Assembly (NCBI GenBank): GCA_031384385.1
Contig: JANNAN010000007.1
Location: 10,236-74,235, forward strand
Length of the DNA stretch: 64,000 bases
Reading direction: 5' to 3'
Source: Candidatus Tayloriibacteriota bacterium
Lineage (GTDB): Bacteria > Patescibacteriota > Minisyncoccia > Phycocordibacterales > PALSA-1337
Of the stretch, positions 20,505-30,129 are shown one piece after another. The notes beneath the pieces are model-generated. The model was not told the DNA's origin, did not search any database, and saw only the letters and a program-made list of their open reading frames with translations. How positions within the stretch are numbered: position 1 is the first letter of the stretch; the number at the start of each line of letters is the position of its first letter. A program made the translations under genes and the position numbers.

Positions 20505-21602
20505 ATGGAGAAATATAACCCAATTAATACTGGAGAAAATGTTCAAGAGCCCATATTGATAGATAAGAATGGACAAACCCAAGATAAAAATAAAGATTTA
20601 AATAGAAATATTATTTTGTATGAGAAAACTCAAAATCAGCTTTCATTAATTAATAGCAAATTATCTAAAGAAAATATTACAGATATTGATCGCATTACTC
20701 TATTACAAGAAAGGGAATATAAAATTAAGCAAAGAAATTATCTTGGCCCACATATTGGAATACCAGATAGAGATTCTTGGAAAGATAAAGACCCTTTTGT
20801 TTTTAGAGAGGATAATATATTCTCACTTAAAAAAATATTAGAATACTGGCATGAATATTCACCCGATTATATTTTTTTAACAGAAACAAGTGCTGTACCT
20901 TATGGATATGCAATTAAAGAAGCATGGAAGAATGCATATCCCAGTGAAAAAATACCGATATTTTATCGAATAGAATCTTGGACAGAACAAGATCATATTG
21001 TAGAAATTGACCATGAAAATGAAAGTATAGATGGTCTTATTAGATATGCCCAAAAAGACAATTTAGATTTACCAATTTTAAAACAAATGAAAATCGGTGT
21101 AAAAAAATATATTGATAATAGAATTATTATTCAAAATCCTAAAATAATTATTTTTGATCAATATGATAAAATGATGAGACCGACAAGAATTAGACCAGGT
21201 GAAAACACTGGTGGTAGAACAATATCAGGATTAAGTAAAGAGTTACAAAAAAGATTTCCAGGTGCAGATATATATAGTGCTGGGGTAAATCTTGATTCTG
21301 AATATAAAAATAGGAAAATGGACTTTGGACGTGGAGGTATCATTAAAAAAAATCACCCCCGTGTTACGTTAAAAAGAAATGCAGATCAGAGTAGGGATCC
21401 AGATATAAACGAAAATTTAGTAGACCCATTATCATTAAGGTCTAGAGAAGAAATAGTCAGTGATATATTAGAGAAAGGATATAGGCCAGTCGGGAGATTG
21501 ATTAAAGATCCAGAGAGAAGAAAGGAGGCTTTAAAATATATAGATGAATTAAAGGAGTTGGGTATGATTGCTGGAAAAGAATTTAGAGATGGAAATAAAT
21601 AA
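20505..21602 (+). CDS. Hypothetical protein
   Basis: 365-aa ORF preceded by TATAAT; no family recognised. Confidence 0.7.
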   Translation: MEKYNPINTGENVQEPILIDKNGQTQDKNKDLNRNIILYEKTQNQLSLINSKLSKENITDIDRITLLQEREYKIKQRNYLGPHIGIPDRDSWKDKDPFVFREDNIFSLKKILEYWHEYSPDYIFLTETSAVPYGYAIKEAWKNAYPSEKIPIFYRIESWTEQDHIVEIDHENESIDGLIRYAQKDNLDLPILKQMKIGVKKYIDNRIIIQNPKIIIFDQYDKMMRPTRIRPGENTGGRTISGLSKELQKRFPGADIYSAGVNLDSEYKNRKMDFGRGGIIKKNHPRVTLKRNADQSRDPDINENLVDPLSLRSREEIVSDILEKGYRPVGRLIKDPERRKEALKYIDELKELGMIAGKEFRDGNK

Positions 21603-21635
21603 AAAACCCGTCTTTCGACGAGTCTTTTATTTTCT

Positions 21636-23429
21636 TTATGCTATATCCTTTCTTCTATTCTTTGCTCTATCTGTATCTGTCAAAAACTTCTTACGCAATC
21701 TAACATTCTTTGGGGTAATTTCTAGATATTCATCTTCACGCATTGTTTCCAATCCTTTTTCTACATCAAGAGTCCAAGCTGGTGTTAGCATAATATGCTC
21801 GTCGTTTCCTGAAGAACGCATATTTGACATTGCCTTACCTTTACATGGATTTACATCCATATCATCACCCTTTGATGTATCACCAACAACCATTCCTTCA
21901 TAAACTTCTGTTGTTGGCTCAATAAATACACGTCCTCTTTCTTGTAGATTCCAAAGTGCGAATGCCAAAGCCTTTCCAGTCATCATAGATGTCATTGATC
22001 CTGTTGTATGCTTTTCAATTTCACCAGCATATGGTTTGAAATCAATAAAACGACTAGCTAGAATTCCATTTCCTTTTGTATCAATAACGAAAGCACCTCT
22101 ATAGCCTAGAAGACCTCGAGTTGGAATTTCGAAAATCATTCTACTGATACCTTCTTTTGTCTTCATATCTGTCATCATTGCCTTTCTTTTTCCAAGCTTT
22201 TCGATAATTGCTCCAGTAAATTCATCTGGAGTATCAATTGTAAGCTCTTCGAAAGGTTCACTTTTTATACCATCAATATTTTTAACAATAACTTGAGGTT
22301 GTGATACTTGTAATTCATATCCTTCTCGTCTCATATTTTCTAGAAGAACAGCAATGTGTAATTCTCCACGACCGTATACTGTATAAAATTCATTTGCATT
22401 AAAATTTACTTTCAATCCAACATTTATCTCTAATTCCTTCTCAAGTCTTTCGCGGATTTGACGACCAGTTACAAATTTACCTTCACGACCTGCGAATGGT
22501 GAACTATTTACATAGAAATTTAGAGAAATTGTAGGTTCATCAATTTTAATTGCTGGAAGAGCTGGAGTATCTGCATTATCTGTAAGTGTTTCTCCAATAT
22601 AAATTTCAGGAAAACCTGCGATAGTAACAATATCACCAGCAGTTGCTTCTTGGATTTCGACTCTTTTCTTTCCTTCAAATGTAAAAAGTTTAGTTACTTT
22701 TCCAGAATTTACAGTTCCATCTATTTTCTTTTCAAAAACGATTTGACCAGTTTTAATTGTTCCGTCATAAATACGTCCAATAGCCAAACGACCTAAAAAA
22801 TTATCATAACCAAGGTTGAATGTTTGTACTGTTAATGCGGCTGTAGCACTATGATCTTTATTTGCTGGTGGAACATGTTCAAGAATCATATCAAGAAGTG
22901 GTGTAAGATCTTTTCTTTCATCGTCTAATTTTTTCATAGCAACTCCTTGGCGTCCGATAGCATAAATAGTAGGGAAATCTAGCTGAGCATCATTTGCACC
23001 TAATTCCATAAATAGCTCGAGAACCATTTCATGACAATGATTTGCATCTGCTGCTGGTTTATCTATTTTATTTATAATTACAATTGGCTTTAGACCAAGT
23101 TCAAGAGATTTTTTTAATACGAAACGAGTTTGTGGCATTGGACCTTCTTGGGCATCAACAACAAGTAAAACTGTATCAATAGATCGTAGAACACGCTCTA
23201 CTTCAGAACCGAAGTCTGCGTGACCTGGTGTATCAACAATGTTGATTTTTGTACCCTTGTATTCAATAGAAGTATTCTTTGCATAAATAGTAATACCACG
23301 CTCTTGTTCAAGAGCATTTGAGTCCATTGTTCCATCATCTCCATGACCACATTGAGTCATGATGGCATCTGTTAAGGTTGTTTTTCCATGGTCCACATGG
23401 GCGATAATTGCGATGTTTCTTATATCCAT
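21636..23429 (-). CDS. typA: Translational GTPase TypA/BipA
   Basis: [29 protein letters not shown] and GRGELH motifs. Confidence 0.97.
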   Translation of the reverse strand: MDIRNIAIIAHVDHGKTTLTDAIMTQCGHGDDGTMDSNALEQERGITIYAKNTSIEYKGTKINIVDTPGHADFGSEVERVLRSIDTVLLVVDAQEGPMPQTRFVLKKSLELGLKPIVIINKIDKPAADANHCHEMVLELFMELGANDAQLDFPTIYAIGRQGVAMKKLDDERKDLTPLLDMILEHVPPANKDHSATAALTVQTFNLGYDNFLGRLAIGRIYDGTIKTGQIVFEKKIDGTVNSGKVTKLFTFEGKKRVEIQEATAGDIVTIAGFPEIYIGETLTDNADTPALPAIKIDEPTISLNFYVNSSPFAGREGKFVTGRQIRERLEKELEINVGLKVNFNANEFYTVYGRGELHIAVLLENMRREGYELQVSQPQVIVKNIDGIKSEPFEELTIDTPDEFTGAIIEKLGKRKAMMTDMKTKEGISRMIFEIPTRGLLGYRGAFVIDTKGNGILASRFIDFKPYAGEIEKHTTGSMTSMMTGKALAFALWNLQERGRVFIEPTTEVYEGMVVGDTSKGDDMDVNPCKGKAMSNMRSSGNDEHIMLTPAWTLDVEKGLETMREDEYLEITPKNVRLRKKFLTDTDRAKNRRKDIA

Positions 23430-23570
23430 AAAAATACCCGTACACGGGCGATTAAGTTGAATGTCAATTAAAGCACGGAAATATATTAAAAGTCAAATAT
23501 AAAATTTGTATAAAAAAGCGGCCGGACATCCATTTGGATGCCGGCACGCGTTTGTGAGTTTTGCTGAGTA

Positions 23571-24185
23571 TCAAGCCATGCTGGCGAGAATCCCCGGATC
23601 AAACTTTTGTCCAGTGATATTTTTCATGTGAGTTGCAACTTCAAGAGCAATCACGTCCAGTGGAGCATCTCCATCAATGTGTCTGATGGTGACTCCGACA
23701 TTGCTTGCCGCCCTGATTATGGATGAGAGATGATGGCGATGCAATTCAAAACGCTCATTAAACCATGCTTCATCATTTCTTGGCCCGTCAATTTGGGCCT
23801 TTGTTCTGTGAAAGTGCCGATTTTGGCACGTGGATCTTGATGCATTGAGAATGCAAAACGTATCACCATCACCAATGTGTCCATTTCCATTGAGGGCTAT
23901 GATTTGATTTGCTGTCCTACAGATACCATCCATGGCAGCAATTTCACCTTGGATACCGCTGATCAAATGTCCGCTGTGTGGAATCACAACCACGTCAGGC
24001 AATAAGTTGCCAGCATCCATGGTCGGTCCATATTTAGTGTCGAAGTCGAGACTTTTTTTCCGTAAATCGCGGAGATATTCCCCAAGGACGATAGTGGGCA
24101 CTTGTGGAAATGCCGCACGAAGACGTTTAATTGTGAATCCTTTTCCGACTGATACCGCACCGATAAGAACGAGTTTTCTTGCCAT
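23571..24185 (-). CDS. Divergent adenylate kinase-like NMP kinase
   Basis: P-loop GAVSVGKG, MDAGNLLPD and DGICRT. GC-rich terminator at ~23512-23549. Confidence 0.7.
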   Translation of the reverse strand: MARKLVLIGAVSVGKGFTIKRLRAAFPQVPTIVLGEYLRDLRKKSLDFDTKYGPTMDAGNLLPDVVVIPHSGHLISGIQGEIAAMDGICRTANQIIALNGNGHIGDGDTFCILNASRSTCQNRHFHRTKAQIDGPRNDEAWFNERFELHRHHLSSIIRAASNVGVTIRHIDGDAPLDVIALEVATHMKNITGQKFDPGILASMA

Positions 24186-24340
24186 AATTTTAATTTAGTC
24201 TACTAACGTTGTTGTTTACCGTGGGTTGTTCAAAAAGTCCTCATTTCCTCAATGAGAAGAACAGCGACTTAAAATGATACCATAAAAAATAGAAATAGCA
24301 AGTTTATTGTTTAAGCCATTATTTACTTAAATTATCCACA

Positions 24341-24418
24341 TCTTTATCATTTCTTTATTCCGTCTACAGCGTTTCTTTATTCTATCTTTATAATTTCTTC
24401 ATAACTTTTTGATAGATT
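24341..24418 (+). promoter_or_regulatory. Six TCTTTAT-like direct repeats at 11-bp period upstream of the pilB -10 element
   Basis: Repeats at 24341, 24352, 24363, 24374, 24385, 24396. TAGATT at 24413. DnaA-box-like TTATCCACA at 24332. Confidence 0.7.
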
Positions 24419-24424
24419 ATCTAT

Positions 24425-25555
24425 ATGTCAGAAAATAAATATCAAATAAATTTAAATGAAAAAATATTACATGATATTCAATCAATAATTGAATTAGTAG
24501 ATTCTATTATTTATCATGCCTATAATCGTAATGCCTCGGATATTCATATGGATCCAACTCCAGAGGGAATTGTAGTCAGATTTAGAATTGATGGTGTTCT
24601 TCTGTATATAGATACATTAAAAAAAGAATATCACGAAGAATTAATAGCTAGAATAAAAGTTTTGGCGAGTTTGAGAACCGATATTCATTTTGTACCACAA
24701 GATGGTCGTTTTAAATTTAATTATGGGAACTGTAATTGTGATATTAGGGTTTCAATTATTCCAACACACTATGGTGAAAATGCAGTTTTAAGAATTTTAA
24801 AAAATGACAATAATATTTCAACTTTATTAAATTTAGGCTTTTCAAACATTGATTGCGAACGAATCACAAATGCATTATCGAATCATCAGGGAATGATTTT
24901 GATTACAGGCCCAACTGGTTCTGGTAAAACTTCTACTCTCTATGCTCTGATTTCTATGCTTTCAACAAAAAATAATTCAATAATAACTCTGGAAGACCCT
25001 ATAGAGTATACAATTCAAGGTGTCAGACAAATTCAAATTCATTCAAAACACGGTATTACTTTTGCGAACGGTCTTCGTTCAATAGTAAGACAAGATCCAG
25101 ATATTATCATGTTAGGTGAAATTCGTGATTCTGAAACAGCACAAGTTGCTACAAATATTTCATTAACAGGCCATTTACTTTTATCAACAATTCATACAAA
25201 TTCTGCGCTCGGAGTTATTCCAAGACTTATGGATATGAAAGTCGATTCATATTTAGTGTCTTCAACTCTTTCTTTGATAATAGCACAAAGACTTGTTCGT
25301 ACTCTATGTCAAATTTGTAAAGGTGATGGCTGTAATATGTGTGGAAATTTGGGATATAAAGGTCGAACAGTTATTGCTGAAGTTATTGTTATTGATGATG
25401 AATTAAGAAAATATATAATGTCACACATTTCAATTTCTGAAATTTCTAGGTATGTAAGAAGTAAAGGTATGTTAAGTATGTATGAAGATGGAATAGAAAA
25501 AGTAGAAAAAGGTATTACAACAAAAGAAGAGATTTTAAGGGTAATTCAAAATTAA
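24425..25555 (+). CDS. pilB: Type IV pilus/T2SS assembly ATPase (PilB/GspE family)
   Basis: ASDIH, RIDG, PQDGR, GPTGSGKT, EDPIEY, RQDPD, GEIRD, TGHL motifs and a tetra-Cys motif. Confidence 0.92.
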   Translation: MSENKYQINLNEKILHDIQSIIELVDSIIYHAYNRNASDIHMDPTPEGIVVRFRIDGVLLYIDTLKKEYHEELIARIKVLASLRTDIHFVPQDGRFKFNYGNCNCDIRVSIIPTHYGENAVLRILKNDNNISTLLNLGFSNIDCERITNALSNHQGMILITGPTGSGKTSTLYALISMLSTKNNSIITLEDPIEYTIQGVRQIQIHSKHGITFANGLRSIVRQDPDIIMLGEIRDSETAQVATNISLTGHLLLSTIHTNSALGVIPRLMDMKVDSYLVSSTLSLIIAQRLVRTLCQICKGDGCNMCGNLGYKGRTVIAEVIVIDDELRKYIMSHISISEISRYVRSKGMLSMYEDGIEKVEKGITTKEEILRVIQN

Positions 25556-25564
25556 TTTTAAAAT

Positions 25565-26623
25565 ATGAATATAAAATCTAGATTTTCAATTTCAGATCAA
25601 ATTTTCTTTGCTCAAAAACTCTCTTTGCTTTTGAATTCAAATATTTCTCTAGCTGAATCATTAAATATTATTAAATCAATCGACAATTCAAATAATCATA
25701 AAAATTTTTATGAGAAATTGATAAATGATGGCGAGCATGGAATTTCATTATCAAAAAGTATTGTTGATTCAAAGGTTAAATTTGATTCGCTTTTAATTGT
25801 TCTTATAAAAAATGGAGAATATTCAGGCTCTCTCGTTGATTCATTGAATCAAGTTGCTAATAATTTAGATAAAAGAAATGAATTAAATAAAAAATTAATT
25901 AGTACATTAATTTATCCATTATTTATTTTGTTCGCTACCATTGGCATGGCTTTGTTTCTTATTCTTTATATTTTTCCAAAGATTTTACCGTTACTTAGTA
26001 GTTTGAATATTAAACTACCATTGATAACTATTATTATTAAATTTATTTATGAATTTTCAATTTCCTATGGATTATATACATGTTTGATTCTTGTGCTCTC
26101 ATTTATTTGTATAGTTTTTTTAATTAAAAAAAATAAATATATAAAAAATAGATTTCACTATATTTTATTAAAAATTCCAATGTTGGGTTTATATATCAAA
26201 ATAAATACTTTAGCCACAATCTCGGGTACTGGAGAAATTATCTTATCTTCTGGTAGATCATTGAGTGAATTCCATGCTTTTTCTAGAGATTCTGTTAATA
26301 ATTTAATTTTCAAAAATACCTTTGAATCAATTTATTATCAATCAATTCAAGGAATTTCTTTTACAAATTCAATGAAATTATATCCAGATATTTTTGTAAA
26401 GATGATGGTTGATATGTGTGCAATTGGTGAAAAAACAGGTAATTTAGCATTGATGCTTGGTCACTGCTCTAAAATATTTGAACAAGATATTGATTTATTT
26501 TTGAAAAGATTCTCATCCTTAATTGAACCAGTTTTAATGATATTTATGGGTTTAATCGTTGGTTCAATTGCTTTATCAATAATTTTGCCAGTATATGAAA
26601 TCACGAATCATCTTAGTAAATAA
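25565..26623 (+). CDS. pilC: Type IV pilus inner-membrane platform protein (PilC/GspF)
   Basis: GEYSGSL and GEKTGNL repeats, LIYP and LIEP motifs, three TM segments. Confidence 0.92.
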   Translation: MNIKSRFSISDQIFFAQKLSLLLNSNISLAESLNIIKSIDNSNNHKNFYEKLINDGEHGISLSKSIVDSKVKFDSLLIVLIKNGEYSGSLVDSLNQVANNLDKRNELNKKLISTLIYPLFILFATIGMALFLILYIFPKILPLLSSLNIKLPLITIIIKFIYEFSISYGLYTCLILVLSFICIVFLIKKNKYIKNRFHYILLKIPMLGLYIKINTLATISGTGEIILSSGRSLSEFHAFSRDSVNNLIFKNTFESIYYQSIQGISFTNSMKLYPDIFVKMMVDMCAIGEKTGNLALMLGHCSKIFEQDIDLFLKRFSSLIEPVLMIFMGLIVGSIALSIILPVYEITNHLSK

Positions 26624-27926
26624 TAAAATAAAGACTGATATGTTTGGTTTTATGATGATTGAAATTATTTTAGCTTTTTCTTTATTTTCACTTTTTACAA
26701 TTTCATATTTTACTTTAAATTTATCAATGCAATCTTTAAAAATTTGGTCTATAAAAGAATTGAATCTTTTAAAAAATTCGGTTTTTCAATTAGATAATTT
26801 TATTAAAAATGAAAATATTAATAAAAACTTTAATCAAATAAATTATGGAAATTATTCAAAATTAATTAATTTAAATGATTTAAGTATTGTAAAATCAAAT
26901 TTCGTAGATTCTTGGGGAAGTTCAAATTGTTTATCTAGAATAAATTTTGATTTATCAAAAATACAATATTATTCAAATGGGGTATTTTTAGGAACAGGGA
27001 ATATTAGTACAAATATCGAAGTCAGAAATTCTGTTATTTATTTAACAACTGATTCAAATGTACAATCTCAGTCAGACTTTTTTATTATTGATTCAACTGA
27101 TTTTATAAGTCCAATTATTATTTCTTCATTAAATACTGGTCCCGGTTTGTCGTCGATTGCTGTTGCTGGGCCATATGTCTATGCTGCTAATACAGGTTCA
27201 ATCTCACAATTACAAATTATTGATATTCATGATCGTAAAAACCCCTTTTTAATTTCTCAATTAAAAGTTCCATTTCCTGAAGCTTCCTCAACACCACCAA
27301 AAGCAAATTCTATTTTTTATAAAGATTCTTTTATTTATTTAGGGACTAGTAAGTGGGACGGACCAGAATTTTATATTATTGATATTTCAAATCCTATGAT
27401 ACCAAAGATAGTAGGAAATTTTGAAACTAATACATTAATTAATGATATTTATATTTATGAAAATATCGCATATTTAGCAACTTCAGATAATTTACAAATG
27501 CGTATTTTGGATATTTCAAATAAAAGTCAACCTATTCTTACGGATTCTTTCTCACCATCAGGATGGCAAACTCAAGGTGGCAAGGCTATTGATTTTTTTG
27601 AGGGGAAATTAGCACTAGGAAGAACTGTTGGTGGATTCAATAATATTTCGAATCATGAAGGTTTTATTTTTTCTACATCTACTAATTTAAATAATTTTAT
27701 CTCACATGATATTTTGGGTGGCATTTATGATTTTTTAATACGGTCATCTCATATTTTTCTGGCTACGCATAGTCCATCAGCTGAATTTCAAATATGGGAT
27801 TCTACTTTTTCAACAAAAATTTTTGAGAAAAAACTTGGATTTCAACCTCTAAGTTTTTCTTGTGATTGGTCTAATATATTCTTTACTACTGGAAATGATA
27901 TGGGTTTTGCTATTTTAAAATTATGA
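26595..27926 (+). CDS. Pilin-like protein with LVIVD-repeat beta-propeller
   Basis: Class III signal GF-MMIEIILA and repeated IIDIS.P (LVIVD-type) motifs. Confidence 0.75.
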   Translation: MKSRIILVNNKIKTDMFGFMMIEIILAFSLFSLFTISYFTLNLSMQSLKIWSIKELNLLKNSVFQLDNFIKNENINKNFNQINYGNYSKLINLNDLSIVKSNFVDSWGSSNCLSRINFDLSKIQYYSNGVFLGTGNISTNIEVRNSVIYLTTDSNVQSQSDFFIIDSTDFISPIIISSLNTGPGLSSIAVAGPYVYAANTGSISQLQIIDIHDRKNPFLISQLKVPFPEASSTPPKANSIFYKDSFIYLGTSKWDGPEFYIIDISNPMIPKIVGNFETNTLINDIYIYENIAYLATSDNLQMRILDISNKSQPILTDSFSPSGWQTQGGKAIDFFEGKLALGRTVGGFNNISNHEGFIFSTSTNLNNFISHDILGGIYDFLIRSSHIFLATHSPSAEFQIWDSTFSTKIFEKKLGFQPLSFSCDWSNIFFTTGNDMGFAILKL

Positions 27927-28105
27927 ATAAAATAAATTTAAATCTTGGTTTTTCATTAATCGAAATAATACTGTATGTATCACTTTTATCGTTAATGATG
28001 CTGGGCATTTTTTCTACACTTATATCATCTATTCAATTAAAAAATTTAGCAAAAACTATTTCAGATGAGGATTATAAATTATTAGTATCTAATTTTCATG
28101 AATAA
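27923..28105 (+). CDS. Short prepilin-type protein
   Basis: GFSLIEIILYVSLL N-methylation motif. Confidence 0.75.
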   Translation: MNKINLNLGFSLIEIILYVSLLSLMMLGIFSTLISSIQLKNLAKTISDEDYKLLVSNFHE

Positions 28106-28490
28106 AAAGATAATCAAAAAGAAAAAGGGTTTTGCTGCTTTTATTCTAATCATTTATATATCAACATTGATGCTTGTTTTTTCTTTTATGCAAGGAATTG
28201 AAATTGGACATTTTTTTGATCAGGTCAAAATAAAGCAATATAGATTAATGAATTATTACTTTGCATATTCTTGTATCGATCAGGCTATTCTTGCTTTGTC
28301 GCGTGATTATTTTCTTAATCTTAAAAAAGAAATTGAATTTTCTGATTTAAACTGCTCAATTGATTCAATTTCTAGTACAAATGAACAAAAAATGATTAAG
28401 GTTCATGGGAAATATAAAAATATTAATGTCTACCGCGTTGCAAACATTAAGCTTTTTGAGGACCACCTTGAAATTATTTCAATAGAATGA
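28098..28490 (+). CDS. Minor pilin (PilX/GspK-like, no Glu5)
   Basis: KKGF followed by a hydrophobic helix lacking E5, inside the pilus operon. Confidence 0.65.
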   Translation: MNKKIIKKKKGFAAFILIIYISTLMLVFSFMQGIEIGHFFDQVKIKQYRLMNYYFAYSCIDQAILALSRDYFLNLKKEIEFSDLNCSIDSISSTNEQKMIKVHGKYKNINVYRVANIKLFEDHLEIISIE

Positions 28491-28501
28491 TGTATTTAAA
28501 A

Positions 28502-28557
28502 TCTCTATCATTTCTTTAGAATTTCTTTATCAGATCTTTATCTCATTTGTGTAAGAT
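28502..28557 (+). promoter_or_regulatory. Four TCTTTA(T/G)-like direct repeats at 11-bp period upstream of the pilin -10 element
   Basis: Repeats at 28502, 28513, 28524, 28535. TAAGAT at 28552. Confidence 0.7.
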
Positions 28558-28585
28558 TAAATTATTATAAATTTAATATTTAAAT

Positions 28586-29086
28586 ATGATTTTTAAAAAA
28601 ATAAACATAAAACCAAGAAGAAAAAAGGGATCTAAAAAAGGTGGTTTTACATTGATAGAAATTTTGGTAGTTATTGGGATTATTGCGGTTTTAGCAGCGG
28701 TAGTTCTTGTCGCAATAAACCCAGCAAGACAATTTAAACTAGCGCGTGATTCTCAAAGAGTAAGTAATATAACAGCCATTTTGAATGCAATTGGGCAAAA
28801 TATTGCAGAACATAAAGGACTTTTAAATTGTGGGAGTTCAACACCAAATATTAATGCATCTTCAACACTAATGACAAATGCTGTTGAATTAAATGGAATT
28901 GATATTTCTCGTTGCATTGTACCAAATTATATTTCTTCATTACCATTTGATCCAAGTAAAAATAATGCTTATATTCATGATGATGGAAAATATAATACAG
29001 GATATTATATTTCTCAGGATTCAAATGGACGCATTACTATTTCAGCCGATGGTGAAATTAATAATCCAATTAGTATAAATCGTTAA
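28586..29086 (+). CDS. Type IV pilin
   Basis: KGGFTLIEILVVIGIIAVLAAVVLVAINP. Confidence 0.9.
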   Translation: MIFKKINIKPRRKKGSKKGGFTLIEILVVIGIIAVLAAVVLVAINPARQFKLARDSQRVSNITAILNAIGQNIAEHKGLLNCGSSTPNINASSTLMTNAVELNGIDISRCIVPNYISSLPFDPSKNNAYIHDDGKYNTGYYISQDSNGRITISADGEINNPISINR

Positions 29087-29115
29087 TTTCTTGTACATGT
29101 TATAATTAGTATTCA

Positions 29116-30084
29116 ATGAATACCCACAAGAATTTATACTTCCTTACATTATTCTGTATCATTATTCTTCTTGGAATGATAATTGTTAAGGGGTATATAA
29201 ATAATATGAAAATCGATCATAATGATTATTTTCAAAGTATTAAAAAAATACTGATTACTGATAAGATTGATGACTCTATTCTTTTTCCAGAAAATAAATC
29301 ACAAAAAGTTAAAATTCCTGTTCTTAAACCAATAATAGATCCAAATATAATTAGTGCAGAATCCTATTTGATTGGTAATTTAGAAAATGGCAAAATATAT
29401 TTAGATTATAATTATGATAAAGTCTTTCCGATTGCTTCACTTAGTAAACTTTTTACAGCGATTGTTTCTATTCACGATATGGATCAAACTAAGAAAGTTA
29501 TTATTACTCAGGAATCTCTGGATACTTTTGGTGATGCTGGCAATCTTATTAAAGATGAGAAATTTACACCAAGTGAATTATTGTATCCATTGCTTTTAGA
29601 ATCAAGTAATGATGCTGCAGATGCTCTAGCTAGATCTTTTGATTATGATAAATTTATTAAAAAAATGAATGATTATACAATTGAATTAGGAATGAATTCT
29701 ACATCATTTAAAGATGCATCTGGATTGAGTTCTTCTAATACTTCAAATTCTAAAGATTTGTTCATATTATCTAAATATCTCTATAATAATGAAAAAGATT
29801 TATTAGATATTACAAAACAAAAAGAAGTCGAATTTGCTACGACCACAGATCATAAATATCATCATTTCTTTTCAATAAATCCATTTATATTCTACAAGCC
29901 ATTTATTGGCGGGAAAACTGGTAGAACCTTTGAAGCTCAAGAAAGTATGATTACTTTATTAAATTACAAAGTTGGCACAACGACCTATCCTATTTCTATT
30001 ATTGTTTTAAGATCAAAATATAGTGAAAGAGAAACAGATACAGAGAAGATTTTAGAATTATTTGAAAAAAAGATTAATAATTAA
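29116..30084 (+). CDS. D-alanyl-D-alanine carboxypeptidase (peptidase S11)
   Basis: SxxK (SLSK), SxN (SSN) and KTG motifs. Confidence 0.9.
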   Translation: MNTHKNLYFLTLFCIIILLGMIIVKGYINNMKIDHNDYFQSIKKILITDKIDDSILFPENKSQKVKIPVLKPIIDPNIISAESYLIGNLENGKIYLDYNYDKVFPIASLSKLFTAIVSIHDMDQTKKVIITQESLDTFGDAGNLIKDEKFTPSELLYPLLLESSNDAADALARSFDYDKFIKKMNDYTIELGMNSTSFKDASGLSSSNTSNSKDLFILSKYLYNNEKDLLDITKQKEVEFATTTDHKYHHFFSINPFIFYKPFIGGKTGRTFEAQESMITLLNYKVGTTTYPISIIVLRSKYSERETDTEKILELFEKKINN

Positions 30085-30129
30085 ATAAAAGAAAAACTAG
30101 TCTGTATATTTTGCATATAATATTATTTT

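Noticed and set aside
24332-24340. DnaA boxes as evidence for oriC (also 34727, ~53976, ~61452)
   Set aside because: These are isolated single boxes in promoter regions, with no cluster and no dnaA or dnaN nearby.
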